The notes beneath the pieces were generated by a model that searched no databases, was not told where the DNA came from, and was given only the letters and a program-made list of their open reading frames with translations. Made by a program: the position numbers and the translations under genes. From Chloroflexota bacterium (lineage in GTDB: Bacteria > Chloroflexota > Dehalococcoidia > DSTF01 > RBG-16-68-14): 64,000 nt of DNA. Each line of letters opens with the position of its first letter. The stretch's first letter is position 1. The stretch is from positions 130,146-194,145 of the forward strand of contig JAJCYW010000021.1 of NCBI GenBank assembly GCA_029262675.1, given 5' to 3'. Shown here in pieces: positions 10,100 through 19,364 of this stretch.

Positions 10100-10846
10100 C
10101 TACTGGACCGCGATATCGATGCTCTGGATCTCTGTGTTGGCGACGAGCTGCGCCGCCACATCGAGGCCGGAAACCACCCTGCCGAAGGACGCGAACTCTT
10201 CGAACTGGGAGGAATCGTCCAGCGCGATAAAGAACTGGCTGCCGTTGGCCATGCCCAGGCTGCCGGTCTGGATCTCGCCGGTGGCGTCGTCCTCAAGATC
10301 GTAGCCGGGCCCGCCATCGCCGACGCAGTGCGTCGTGGCCGTCTCAGCGCTGCAGGCCGGATCGCCCGCCGTTGCTGAGAAGCCCGACGCGACGTGGTGG
10401 AACACTAAGCCGTCGTAGAAGTCCTCGTTCGCCAGGTAGACGAAGTTGTTGACAGTGTTGGGCGCTTGTCCTGCGAGGAGTTCGACTTCGATGTCGCCCA
10501 GCGCAGTGCGGATCGTTGCGACGTACGTCGCATCGGGATCGATCGAGAACACGGGCTGCGGCAGCGAGATCACGTCGAACTCACTATCGGGTTCCTCCGT
10601 GGCATTGGCGTTGTCGTCGGGCAGCACGAAGTTGTCTCCATTGTGGCTCGACGAGCGGAACACGTTACCACCGAATATTGTAGCCGCGCCGCCGACCGCG
10701 AGCGCCAGTGCCATGCCGATGAAGATGAACTTCACCATGTTCGCGCCGCTCAGGAATCCGAGCACTCCCGTCGGCTTCACGTCACCGGCGTAGGCGCTAC
10801 CGGCCTGGTACTTCTTTCGTCTGCGTTTGGATTGTTGGTTTGGCAT
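10100..10846 (-). CDS. Membrane-anchored cyclophilin-type PPIase homolog (degenerate active site)
   Basis: GDIEVELL, APNTVNNFVYLA, FYDGLVFH, GGPGY, GSQFFI, FGRVVSGLDV. Confidence 0.82.
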   Translation of the reverse strand: MPNQQSKRRRKKYQAGSAYAGDVKPTGVLGFLSGANMVKFIFIGMALALAVGGAATIFGGNVFRSSSHNGDNFVLPDDNANATEEPDSEFDVISLPQPVFSIDPDATYVATIRTALGDIEVELLAGQAPNTVNNFVYLANEDFYDGLVFHHVASGFSATAGDPACSAETATTHCVGDGGPGYDLEDDATGEIQTGSLGMANGSQFFIALDDSSQFEEFASFGRVVSGLDVAAQLVANTEIQSIDIAVQ

Positions 10847-10995
10847 GGCTCTACTCGACTATAACAAACGGCGGGTTCCCCTGAAAGGAACGCCGATTAC
10901 AGAGAGCTCTCTGCAGGCCGCACAGAGAGCTGGTTCTATCGTACAAACGTCGCGGAGACGCGGCCGTTACCGGCGGACGCTTGCGAAAGCTGGCG

Positions 10996-11071
10996 TGGTA
11001 CCCCCGGCGGGACTCGAACCCACGCTTCCGGCTTCGGAGGCCGGCACTCTATCCAACTGAGCTACGGGGGC
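10996..11071 (-). tRNA. tRNA-Arg(CCG)
   Basis: Reverse complement GCCCCCGTAGCTCAGTTGGATAGAG-TGCCGGCCT-CCG-AAGCCGG...GGTTCGAGTCC...GGGGGTACCA; cloverleaf with encoded CCA. Confidence 0.96.
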
Positions 11072-11353
11072 AGCCGCTGGCATGGTATCGGCCGCTGTAG
11101 TGCGGCGGCAAGCGGCTGCCCGTCCGGCTTCGCCGACCGGGCAGCTTGCGGTAGCCTGCGGCTACTCGGCGGGTATTTCAGCGGCCGCGCAGTGGCGTAT
11201 TGCGCTCACAGAACAGCTCGTGTTGGAACAGACGCTGCCGCCGGCTAGCGTCGGCTGAACGTACTCGGTTGACATGGACTCGAAGCGATCTTCATACTGG
11301 GACGAACTTCCAAGCGCGCAGATTGGCAACATAAGAGCAGCGGCAGGAGCGGC

Positions 11354-13777
11354 ATGGCAACGTACAATCACGCTGAGATCGAGGCGAAGTGGAGCGCGCG
11401 CTGGGCGGAGACGGGCATCTACGAAACCGATGTCCGCACCGCGACGCGCCCCTTCTATAACCTGCTGATGTTCCCCTACCCGTCTGCGGAGGGACTTCAC
11501 ATTGGCAACATGTTCGCGTTTACGGGCGTCGACATCTTCGGCCGGCTGAAGGCGATGCAGGGCGAAGACGTCTTCGAACCGATCGGCTTCGATGCGTTCG
11601 GCATGCACAGCGAGAACTTCGCGCTGAAGCAGAACGTCCACCCTAGTGAGCTGGTACCGAACAACATCCGCAATTTCCGCCAGCAGCTCAAGTCGATGGG
11701 CGGGCGCTTCGCCTGGAGCCACGAGGTCGATACAACCCACCCCACCTACTATCGCTGGACGCAGTGGATCTTCGTGCAGCTCTTCAAGCACGGCCTGGCG
11801 GAGAAGCGCCTGGCGCCCGTCACCTGGTGCCCCTCCTGCATGACCGTGCTGGCAGATGAGCAGGTGATCAACGGGGAGTGCGAGCGTTGCAGCACGGAGG
11901 TGACCCACCGCGATCTGGAGCAGTGGTTCTTCAAGATCACAGATTTCGCCGACCGGCTGCTCTCCAACTTGGACGAGATCGACTGGACGCCGCTGATCAA
12001 GACCGCCCAGCGCAACTGGATCGGCCGCAGCGAAGGCCTGGAGACGGCGTTCCCTGTCGAGAACTCCAGCGAGTCGATCACGTTCTTCACGACGCGGCCG
12101 GACACGATCTACGGCGTCACGTTCATGGTGCTGGCCCCGGAACACCCGCTGGTGGACCAGATCGCGACCAGCGAGCAGCGAGAGGTCGTCGTCCAGTACG
12201 TAGCCGAGGCAATGAAGAAGACCGCCATTGACCGCCAGTCGATGGAGCGGAGTGGCGTCTTCACGGGGGCGTTTGCGACAAACCCGCTCAACGGCGACCG
12301 CGTGCCGATCTGGGTCGGCGACTACGTGCTGAGCACTGTCGGCACCGGCGCGATCATGGCTGTCCCCGCCCACGATACGCGCGACTTCGATTTCGCAAAG
12401 CGCTTCGACCTACCGATTCGCGTCGTCGTCGCTCCGCCGGACTGGCACGGCGCAGCTCTGGAAGACGCCTATACCGAGAGCGGCACAGTCGTCAACTCCG
12501 GTGAGTTCGACGGCATGGAGAACGAAGCCGCCGCAGCGGCCGTGATCGAGAAGCTGGAGAAGGATGGCGCCGGCAGCCGCCAGGTGCGTTTCCGCCTACG
12601 CGACTGGCTGATCTCACGACAACGCTACTGGGGCACACCGATTCCCATCATCCACTGCAAAACCTGTGGCCCAATTGCCGTGCCAGAGAGCGACCTGCCG
12701 GTTGAACTGCCGTACGTCGAGGATTTCCGCCCGACAGGGACGGATCAGTCGCCGCTCGCGTCCCTGCCGGAGTTCGTCAACGTCGACTGCCCCGAATGCG
12801 GAAAGCCGGCCCGCCGCGAGACAGATGTCTGCGACAACTTCCTGGACTCCGCCTGGTACTTCTTCCGCTACCCTTCGACGGGCAACGATGAGGCGCCTTT
12901 TGAACCGGAGCTGACGAAGCGCTGGCTGCCGGTGCATAACTACATCGGCGGCAAGGAGCATGCGGTGCTCCATCTGCTCTACACGCGATTCATCACGATG
13001 GCCCTGCACGAGATGGGCTTCATCGACTTCGAAGAGCCGTTCCGCAAGTTCCGCGCCCACGGGCTGCTGATCCTAGAAGGCGCCAAGATGAGTAAGTCGC
13101 GGGGCAACGTCGTCAACCCGGATACGTACATCGCTTCCCACGGCGCGGACACGCTGCGGACCTACCTCATGTTCTCCGGCCGCTACGAGGAAGGCGGGGA
13201 CTTTTCGGACTCCGGCATCGAGGGCGTCGCGCGGTTCCTCCAGCGCGTGCGGGATGTCTGCGAACGGTTCGTTGCGCAAGCCGGCGACGGCGAGCCGATG
13301 TCGCAGGAGGCGCAGCAGACGATGCACCGCGCGATCAAGAAGGTCGGTGCCGACATCGAGGAGTTGAAGTTCAACACCGCCATCGCAGCGCTGATGGAGT
13401 ACAGTCACGAGCTCCAGAAGCGGCCGTCGTTGAACAAGGACGAGGTGTCGATCTTCCTCAAACTGTTGGCGCCATTCGCGCCGTTCGTGACGGAGGAGCT
13501 CTGGGAGCAGATCGGACAGCCGTACTCCATCCACAACAGCGCCTGGCCCATAGCGGATGAAACGCTCGCCAAGCTGCAGGAGGTCTCGATCGCCGTCCAG
13601 ATCGACGGCCGCACGCGAGATGTCATCGAGATCGAGGCCGGTAGCGGTGAAGACGCTGCAGTCGCGGCGGCGAAGGCTTCGAAGAAGGTGCAGCGCCACC
13701 TGGAAGATGGCGCGATTGTGAAGACGATCTACGTGCCTGACAGGATGGTCAACTTCGTCACGTCAGGCAAGAAGTAG
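11354..13777 (+). CDS. leuS: Leucine--tRNA ligase
   Basis: MFPYPSAEGLHIGN, RDWLISRQRYWG, KMSKS; bacterial-type LeuRS. Confidence 0.97.
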   Translation: MATYNHAEIEAKWSARWAETGIYETDVRTATRPFYNLLMFPYPSAEGLHIGNMFAFTGVDIFGRLKAMQGEDVFEPIGFDAFGMHSENFALKQNVHPSELVPNNIRNFRQQLKSMGGRFAWSHEVDTTHPTYYRWTQWIFVQLFKHGLAEKRLAPVTWCPSCMTVLADEQVINGECERCSTEVTHRDLEQWFFKITDFADRLLSNLDEIDWTPLIKTAQRNWIGRSEGLETAFPVENSSESITFFTTRPDTIYGVTFMVLAPEHPLVDQIATSEQREVVVQYVAEAMKKTAIDRQSMERSGVFTGAFATNPLNGDRVPIWVGDYVLSTVGTGAIMAVPAHDTRDFDFAKRFDLPIRVVVAPPDWHGAALEDAYTESGTVVNSGEFDGMENEAAAAAVIEKLEKDGAGSRQVRFRLRDWLISRQRYWGTPIPIIHCKTCGPIAVPESDLPVELPYVEDFRPTGTDQSPLASLPEFVNVDCPECGKPARRETDVCDNFLDSAWYFFRYPSTGNDEAPFEPELTKRWLPVHNYIGGKEHAVLHLLYTRFITMALHEMGFIDFEEPFRKFRAHGLLILEGAKMSKSRGNVVNPDTYIASHGADTLRTYLMFSGRYEEGGDFSDSGIEGVARFLQRVRDVCERFVAQAGDGEPMSQEAQQTMHRAIKKVGADIEELKFNTAIAALMEYSHELQKRPSLNKDEVSIFLKLLAPFAPFVTEELWEQIGQPYSIHNSAWPIADETLAKLQEVSIAVQIDGRTRDVIEIEAGSGEDAAVAAAKASKKVQRHLEDGAIVKTIYVPDRMVNFVTSGKK

Positions 13778-13799
13778 CCGCAAGTGCCACGCACCTGCC

Positions 13800-14237
13800 C
13801 TAGGCAACGCAGAGCGACACGGTGACGTCCTTCTCCGTGAATGAGGAGTGGCGGTTGTCGAAGTCGAATCTATAATTGCCGCGAACCGTCCCGACAACCT
13901 CAAACTCAAGCTCGTGGGCACGATCGGTCTCGAACTGGACGACGCGGTTGGTCGGCGACCAGATGCTGAAGCCGATGTCCTGGCTATCGTTACCGGAGAC
14001 GCTGAACGTACCCGAGATCGTCTTGCCCTTCGGCACGTTGTAGAGCCACTGGCCCAGCGACCGTGCCTTAACAGAGAAGCCGATGTCTCCGCACTGTTGG
14101 CCGCCAGCCGTCGCCGCCAGCTCTGGCGCTCCGCCCAAGGTGACCGTCGCCGTTCCCAACTGACGATACATCAAGTAGCCCACGGACGCGCCCGCCGCCA
14201 GGATGGCGAACAGCGTAATCACGATCAGCTTCTGCAC
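13800..14237 (-). CDS. Membrane-anchored protein with a GOLD (emp24/p24)-like beta-sandwich
   Basis: N-terminal TM; DIGFSIWSP and GNYRFDFDNRHSSFTEKDV resemble the p24 GxYxFCFDNxFSxxxxKxV pattern. Confidence 0.55.
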   Translation of the reverse strand: MQKLIVITLFAILAAGASVGYLMYRQLGTATVTLGGAPELAATAGGQQCGDIGFSVKARSLGQWLYNVPKGKTISGTFSVSGNDSQDIGFSIWSPTNRVVQFETDRAHELEFEVVGTVRGNYRFDFDNRHSSFTEKDVTVSLCVA

Positions 14238-14340
14238 AGCGCGCTCCCTTACGCGTACTCCCTACGAGTACGCAAGCTCCGTAGGTGTATCCCCTACGTA
14301 TGTTCGGCAAGGCAGCGGGCATGCTTGAGGTTACGTCATG

Positions 14341-15507
14341 TTATGGCAAGTAGTCGAGCGGGTTGCGCCGCACCCCTCCCGCGATCAACTCGAAGTGGAG
14401 GTGCGTTCCGGTGCTGTATCCCGTGGAGCCGACGACACCCAGCGGCTCACCCTGGTGGACGCTCTGGCCGCTGGAGACGGCGAGCTGGCTTAAGTGCCCG
14501 TAGAGCGTCGTCATGCCAGACGGCGCGACGAGGATTACGTAGCGCCCGTACGAGCAACACGGGTCGCCCCCGGCAAACAGGACCACACCATCGTGCGCGG
14601 CCAACACGGGCGTACCGGGAGCCATCGTTTGGTCGACATCGATGCCGAGCGGGTGTGCGGCAGAGAAGTACGACGAGATCGGCCCGACCACGGGCCAGAC
14701 CAGGTCGTTGGTGGCGCCCGCTTCGAGGTCGAGGACCGAGTTGGGGTAACCATAGGTGGCAGCAAACGAGAGCACCTGGGCTACGTACGGCCAGGAGTGA
14801 TTATACGTGTAGATTCCTTGCCGCACGTCGACGTCCGCTCCGGCGTCCAGCAGAAAGCGGCCCATGGCCGGGATCGCGTCGCGGAAGTCGTAGGGGTCGC
14901 CACCCTCGCCGAAGGTCTCCCAGCTAGACGGCAGGAACTGGCCGTAGCCGATGGCGCCCGCCCAGCTCGTCGACATGTTGCGGCCGAGGTCGCTCTCAAC
15001 CTTGGCTATCGCCGCGAAAAGCTGCCACGGCAGACCAGTCTCCTGACTGACCTGGAGCATGACAGCGAGCTGATCGACAGGAATATCGAGTCCGCCCGAA
15101 CCAAGCGCCGATACGGTGATGCTGCCCGGCCGCAGGCTGAGGACGGGCCAGACGCGCGCGTTCGTCGAGAGGTCGCCGCGACCGCTACCTCCAACAGAAG
15201 AGCCAGGCCCCACGGCCAACGCACCTTCCGGCACCGCATAGTGCAGGACCACCGTCGGTGTGGGCGGACCACCGTCGCCGTCGCCGCCGAGGACAGCGTC
15301 TGCCGCGTCGCCGTCGTCGTCCGCGCCACCGGCGTCCGTGCGCACATCGCCGGACGCGGCGTCATCGCCCTCCACTGGCGCAACCTCCGACGCCGGCGCA
15401 CCGATATAGCCCACGAAGTCCGACCTCGCGGCGTAGGCCGAGACGGCTACGGCGGCGAGTCCTATCAAGAGGGTCGCTGCGATGATGGCGCGCGTGAAAA
15501 GAGACAT
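14341..15507 (-). CDS. Secreted lytic transglycosylase (SLT) + M23 peptidase fusion
   Basis: Signal/TM; SLT motifs AIAKVES, AIGYGQFLPSSW, YNH; M23 motifs HPLGID, YGHL, GSTGYSTGTHLHFE. Start trimmed to MSLFTR. Confidence 0.88.
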   Translation of the reverse strand: MSLFTRAIIAATLLIGLAAVAVSAYAARSDFVGYIGAPASEVAPVEGDDAASGDVRTDAGGADDDGDAADAVLGGDGDGGPPTPTVVLHYAVPEGALAVGPGSSVGGSGRGDLSTNARVWPVLSLRPGSITVSALGSGGLDIPVDQLAVMLQVSQETGLPWQLFAAIAKVESDLGRNMSTSWAGAIGYGQFLPSSWETFGEGGDPYDFRDAIPAMGRFLLDAGADVDVRQGIYTYNHSWPYVAQVLSFAATYGYPNSVLDLEAGATNDLVWPVVGPISSYFSAAHPLGIDVDQTMAPGTPVLAAHDGVVLFAGGDPCCSYGRYVILVAPSGMTTLYGHLSQLAVSSGQSVHQGEPLGVVGSTGYSTGTHLHFELIAGGVRRNPLDYLP

Positions 15508-15538
15508 GAGATCGATTATCGCCTGAGCCGTTGCCGAC

Positions 15539-16045
15539 CTAGGCCGCGACGTCCTCGTCTTCCGCGGACGTGGCGGGCAGCATGGCGCGGATCTCACGCA
15601 GCTGTTCGGCGAGTTCGTTTATCGGCACGTCTTCGATGCCTTCCGTCAGGCTGGTCAGTTCTGTAGACACAACGCCTACCTCGAACGCGGAGAGCGGGTC
15701 GTCGTCAGCGGCTTCTTCGACCGGCGGCTCGTTGGCCAACTCGTCGGCCTCAGCTAGAGGACTCTCGGGCTCCGCAGCCTCGTCCGCCAGTTCCGCGTCA
15801 AGAGCGTCAGCTTCCGGTGCCAGACTCGGCTCAACTTCGCTAGATGCCGATTCCGCATCGATTGCCCGGGGCAGCGCGCTCTGCTGGGTCCGCAGGTCCG
15901 GCTTGGCGCTGGCCGTGCCTGGCTCGGCCGCAGCGCCCGTGGGCATCAGCAACCCCTCATCTTCGCTAACGTCGGCCAGCGACGCGTCTGCGCCATCCTC
16001 CGAACCCTCATCGTTGCCTTTCTTGAACCGTGATAACAGTCGCAT
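15539..16045 (-). CDS. Acidic, low-complexity hypothetical protein in the archaellum operon
   Basis: Starts 1 nt after the arlJ stop; D/E/A-rich with an amphipathic C-terminal helix. Confidence 0.7.
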   Translation of the reverse strand: MRLLSRFKKGNDEGSEDGADASLADVSEDEGLLMPTGAAAEPGTASAKPDLRTQQSALPRAIDAESASSEVEPSLAPEADALDAELADEAAEPESPLAEADELANEPPVEEAADDDPLSAFEVGVVSTELTSLTEGIEDVPINELAEQLREIRAMLPATSAEDEDVAA

Positions 16046-16046
16046 G

Positions 16047-17594
16047 CTACGGGCCTCCTGACGGGATCGTGGACGCGCCGGGCGCGACCGGATTAGTGGC
16101 GATGCTGTCGAAGATAGAGCCGACGAGTGATGGAATGATGAGGAACGCCACGCCGGAGATCATCATCATCACTGCCGCATAAAGGCAGAGCTTCATCCGA
16201 TGACCGCCGACGGCTGCGTACGGCGCGAAGCTGTTGGCGGCCGTCAGCATCAGCGCGACCGTCGCAACGAACACAGGAATGAACTCCAGCGATGAGAACT
16301 GAAATAGCAGCACATCGCCCACGCCGGCTTCGGTAGTGATGCCGCCTTCCAGGCTCTCCTGCTGGGCCTTGCCGATCTCTCCGCCAAAGACCTGCACGAC
16401 CTCCGTGATGAACAACAGGATGCCCATCAGAACGGCGTGCATCGGCACTGCCACGAAACTGAACGTCGTCGCGACCATCTTCCTGTCCGCGCGCAGAAGC
16501 CAAATCTTCATCGCAAACTCCGAGGCGAGCGTCGAGACTTTTTCGGTATCGCCGCCGACGCGGACTCCGTCCCAAAACACACGCACGCAACGAACGACGA
16601 GGTCACTGCCGGTCTCAGACGCAAGGCGCAACCAACACAAGTCTGGCGAGATGCCGTTCTTCAGCCGCACGTAGAGCCTGTGCACGTCCGGTTCCAGTGA
16701 CCCGAGCGAACGGCGATTGAGGCGGCTTAGACCGTCGGTTGCCGTAATACCCGCCGATGACATCACGCCACCCAGTCCGCGTATGAACGCGGAGATGTCA
16801 CGGTCGTAGCCATCGATTCTCCAATCGTCCATTATCGCCAGTACGCCGACCGGGGCGATGAAGACGGCTCCGGCTAGCAGCGCATACGGCATGCCCAACA
16901 TCCGGCCCGCGCCACAGCCCGCGATGACGGCGGCCGGGATCAAGAACTTCGCGGTCCGATCAATGCGGCGCTGTTCTTTCGATTTCTGCTTGAGGCTGTG
17001 AGTTTTCACTTCGACAGGCGCTACCGTGTAGATCAGCCAGCCGCCGACAAAGGTGACGCAGATCATCAGCCCCGTAAGGCCGACGATCGTAATCGGGCTA
17101 AACGGGTAGATCATCATCGACACCAGCGAGATGACGACGACGAGCGTTGCGGAGACCATCAGCGCGACGTAGGCATCCGACCACTTCTGGAGCGATTCGA
17201 TTTTGCGGCCGTACTCCTTGCCAAACATCTCGCGTTGGAGAGCCGACTCTCGCATCAGAAAGGCCTCTTCCTTCTCCCCGGAGGAGAGGGACGTGGCGAA
17301 GTGGAGGAGCAGGTTGCGCACGCTATCGACCTTGATCCGGTCTGCGACTACTTCGCAGGCGCGCGAGTAGTCGTAGTTCAGCCGCTGCGCGACGAGATGC
17401 ACTTGGCGGAAGAACTTCGAAGTGCTGTACGAAAGGCTGGACGTGCCTTCGAAGAGCGACGTCCGGCTCATGCCCGACGTCGACACCGCCGACATGTGCG
17501 TGAGCTGCGTCAGCAGGTCGTAGTCGAGCGGTTCGCGGCTGAGCAGCCGGTCGAGGTCGATCCTGCGAGAGAGCCCCGACTCGCTGGCGACCAC
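16047..17594 (-). CDS. flaJ: Archaellum membrane platform protein ArlJ (FlaJ)
   Basis: Polytopic protein with two cytoplasmic domains directly after ArlI; LQKWSDAYVALMVS motif. Start is probably GTG 17594 (ORF is open to 17657). Confidence 0.88.
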   Translation of the reverse strand: MVASESGLSRRIDLDRLLSREPLDYDLLTQLTHMSAVSTSGMSRTSLFEGTSSLSYSTSKFFRQVHLVAQRLNYDYSRACEVVADRIKVDSVRNLLLHFATSLSSGEKEEAFLMRESALQREMFGKEYGRKIESLQKWSDAYVALMVSATLVVVISLVSMMIYPFSPITIVGLTGLMICVTFVGGWLIYTVAPVEVKTHSLKQKSKEQRRIDRTAKFLIPAAVIAGCGAGRMLGMPYALLAGAVFIAPVGVLAIMDDWRIDGYDRDISAFIRGLGGVMSSAGITATDGLSRLNRRSLGSLEPDVHRLYVRLKNGISPDLCWLRLASETGSDLVVRCVRVFWDGVRVGGDTEKVSTLASEFAMKIWLLRADRKMVATTFSFVAVPMHAVLMGILLFITEVVQVFGGEIGKAQQESLEGGITTEAGVGDVLLFQFSSLEFIPVFVATVALMLTAANSFAPYAAVGGHRMKLCLYAAVMMMISGVAFLIIPSLVGSIFDSIATNPVAPGASTIPSGGP

Positions 17595-17607
17595 CTGCTC
17601 TACTACG

Positions 17608-19347
17608 TCAGACGAGTCCTTGTCGTTGGGCTTTACTGAAGACTTGGTAGAGGTCATAGAAGTTCGTGACGTCCTGTTCCTTCAGGCGTTCAAACAACGC
17701 CGCTCTGCGCTCCAGTTCCTGGTAGATCATGCGCTTGTTCTCGGGCGAAAGGCCACGCTTCGGGGCCAATTGGTTCTCCAGCAGGTAGCTGTTCATGTTT
17801 CCCGTGAACTCGTGGACGTCCGTCGCGGAGTTCCAGCGGAACGACTCGACGAACGCAAAGGAATCGCTCGCCTTGTCGTACGCGACGAGCTCGTTGACGC
17901 TGATGATGCGGCGGCCGGGCTTGCCATTGGGCAGGCGCACGGCGCTGCAGATGATTGCCAGGTTGAGGTTATCGACGTAGACTTTCGGCACGTTGATCGG
18001 GCTACCGGTGAGACGCTGGATCAGTTTCTCCACAGTCGATGCGTGGAACGTCGCCATCACAGGGTGGCCCGTCTGCATCGCCTGGAACGCGATCGCCCCC
18101 TCCTCACCACGGATCTCACCGATAACGATTAGGTTGGGACGCTGACGAAGAGCGGCCTTCAGCAACCCGAACATCGTGACCCCGCCGTCTCCTTCCGACA
18201 ACGACCCGCGGACGACCTCCCGAATCCAGTTCGGGTGGGGCACCTGGAACTCCGGCGTGTCCTCGATACTGACGATCTTGGCGTCCGGCGGCACAAAAGC
18301 GGCCAGGGCGTTCAGCAGCGTCGTCTTGCCGGACGCGGTTTCGCCGGAGACAAAGGCGTTCATGCCCGCGCCGATCATCATCGTCAGATAGGCCGCCATC
18401 GTGTAGTCCATAGCGCCGAAATTGATCAGCTCTATCAGGCTGATGGGCGTCTCCTGAAACTTTCGAATGGTGAAGTTGCTGCCGGATCTTGAGACGTCCG
18501 ACCCAAAGACGATGTTGATTCGAGAGCCGTCCAGCAGCGTCGCGTCGACGATCGGGTTGCGGTACGTCACCGGCTTACCGATCCGTTCCGCCAGGCGGAG
18601 GACGAATTCGTCCAGCTCGTCGTGCGTCTCCCACGTGATGTTGCTCTTGAGGCCATCGAAGATCTTGTGCTCGATGAAAACCGAACCGAGGCCGCTACAG
18701 CTAATGTCCTCAATGTTGGGGTCACGCAGAAGGGGCTCCAGCGCGCCCATGTGGAGCTTGTCGCGGATCAACACGTACTTCAGGGCCGCCATCTCTGCAC
18801 TGGTGACCTTGATTGGGCCGGCCGAGTCTGCCCCGGAGCCCTTCTTCATGAATCCGAGCAGGCCCCCGCCACCGTCCCGCTTCTTGCCGTCACCGTCTGT
18901 GACGGCGCAGTTCTCATCAACGGCGCGCAACAGGACCTCCGCTTTCTGCTCGTCCGTCTCCGCCGCCGAGAGCTCTTCGACGTAATCGAGGAGGCGCTGA
19001 TCCATCGCCTCGAGGATCGCGTGTAGGTTCTCGAGCATCGCCGGCTCGATCGAGATGTAGAAGTCGCGGGAGTCTTCGGGATCCGGGCAGATGTGGACGA
19101 AGAGTTCTTCGTTGACGCGGTAGATTAGGTTCTTGTTCTCTAAGTCTGCCAGTTTGCGGCTCGCCTCTGGAAAGTACTCGGGAACTCCCACGTCCTTGAT
19201 CGGCACCTGGTGCAGGTAGTGCATCAGGTGCGGGGCGTTCTCCGCCTGTTGCTGAAGCTCGTCCGGAAGCAGGCTCTTAACCGAGCAGTTGGACCCGCCA
19301 CAGTCCTCGGTGCCGGATTCCGGATCGACGGCAAACGGTAGCGCCAT
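17608..19347 (-). CDS. flaI: Archaellum motor ATPase ArlI (FlaI)
   Basis: DPNIEDISCSG, DGSRINIVFG, Walker A GETASGKTT, LRQRPNLIVIGEIRGEEG, FQAMQTGH, QRLTGSPINVP. Confidence 0.93.
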   Translation of the reverse strand: MALPFAVDPESGTEDCGGSNCSVKSLLPDELQQQAENAPHLMHYLHQVPIKDVGVPEYFPEASRKLADLENKNLIYRVNEELFVHICPDPEDSRDFYISIEPAMLENLHAILEAMDQRLLDYVEELSAAETDEQKAEVLLRAVDENCAVTDGDGKKRDGGGGLLGFMKKGSGADSAGPIKVTSAEMAALKYVLIRDKLHMGALEPLLRDPNIEDISCSGLGSVFIEHKIFDGLKSNITWETHDELDEFVLRLAERIGKPVTYRNPIVDATLLDGSRINIVFGSDVSRSGSNFTIRKFQETPISLIELINFGAMDYTMAAYLTMMIGAGMNAFVSGETASGKTTLLNALAAFVPPDAKIVSIEDTPEFQVPHPNWIREVVRGSLSEGDGGVTMFGLLKAALRQRPNLIVIGEIRGEEGAIAFQAMQTGHPVMATFHASTVEKLIQRLTGSPINVPKVYVDNLNLAIICSAVRLPNGKPGRRIISVNELVAYDKASDSFAFVESFRWNSATDVHEFTGNMNSYLLENQLAPKRGLSPENKRMIYQELERRAALFERLKEQDVTNFYDLYQVFSKAQRQGLV

Positions 19348-19364
19348 GACGCCCTAACGCTCCC

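Noticed and set aside
10898-10931. CAGAGAGCTCTCTG palindrome with a repeated ACAGAGAGCT
   Set aside because: Short and single-locus; cannot be distinguished from chance without comparative data.
11162-11353. T-box leader for leuS, or a 37-aa Cys-containing minus-strand ORF (11162-11275)
   Set aside because: No T-box consensus, and a promoter-like TTGACA lies only about 85 nt upstream of leuS; the small ORF has no RBS or recognisable motif.
16047-19347. T2SS/Tad/type IV pilus interpretation of the ATPase and platform genes
   Set aside because: Adjacent ArlH, ArlF/G and archaellin-type N-termini fit the archaellum; no secretin or Flp pilin is present.
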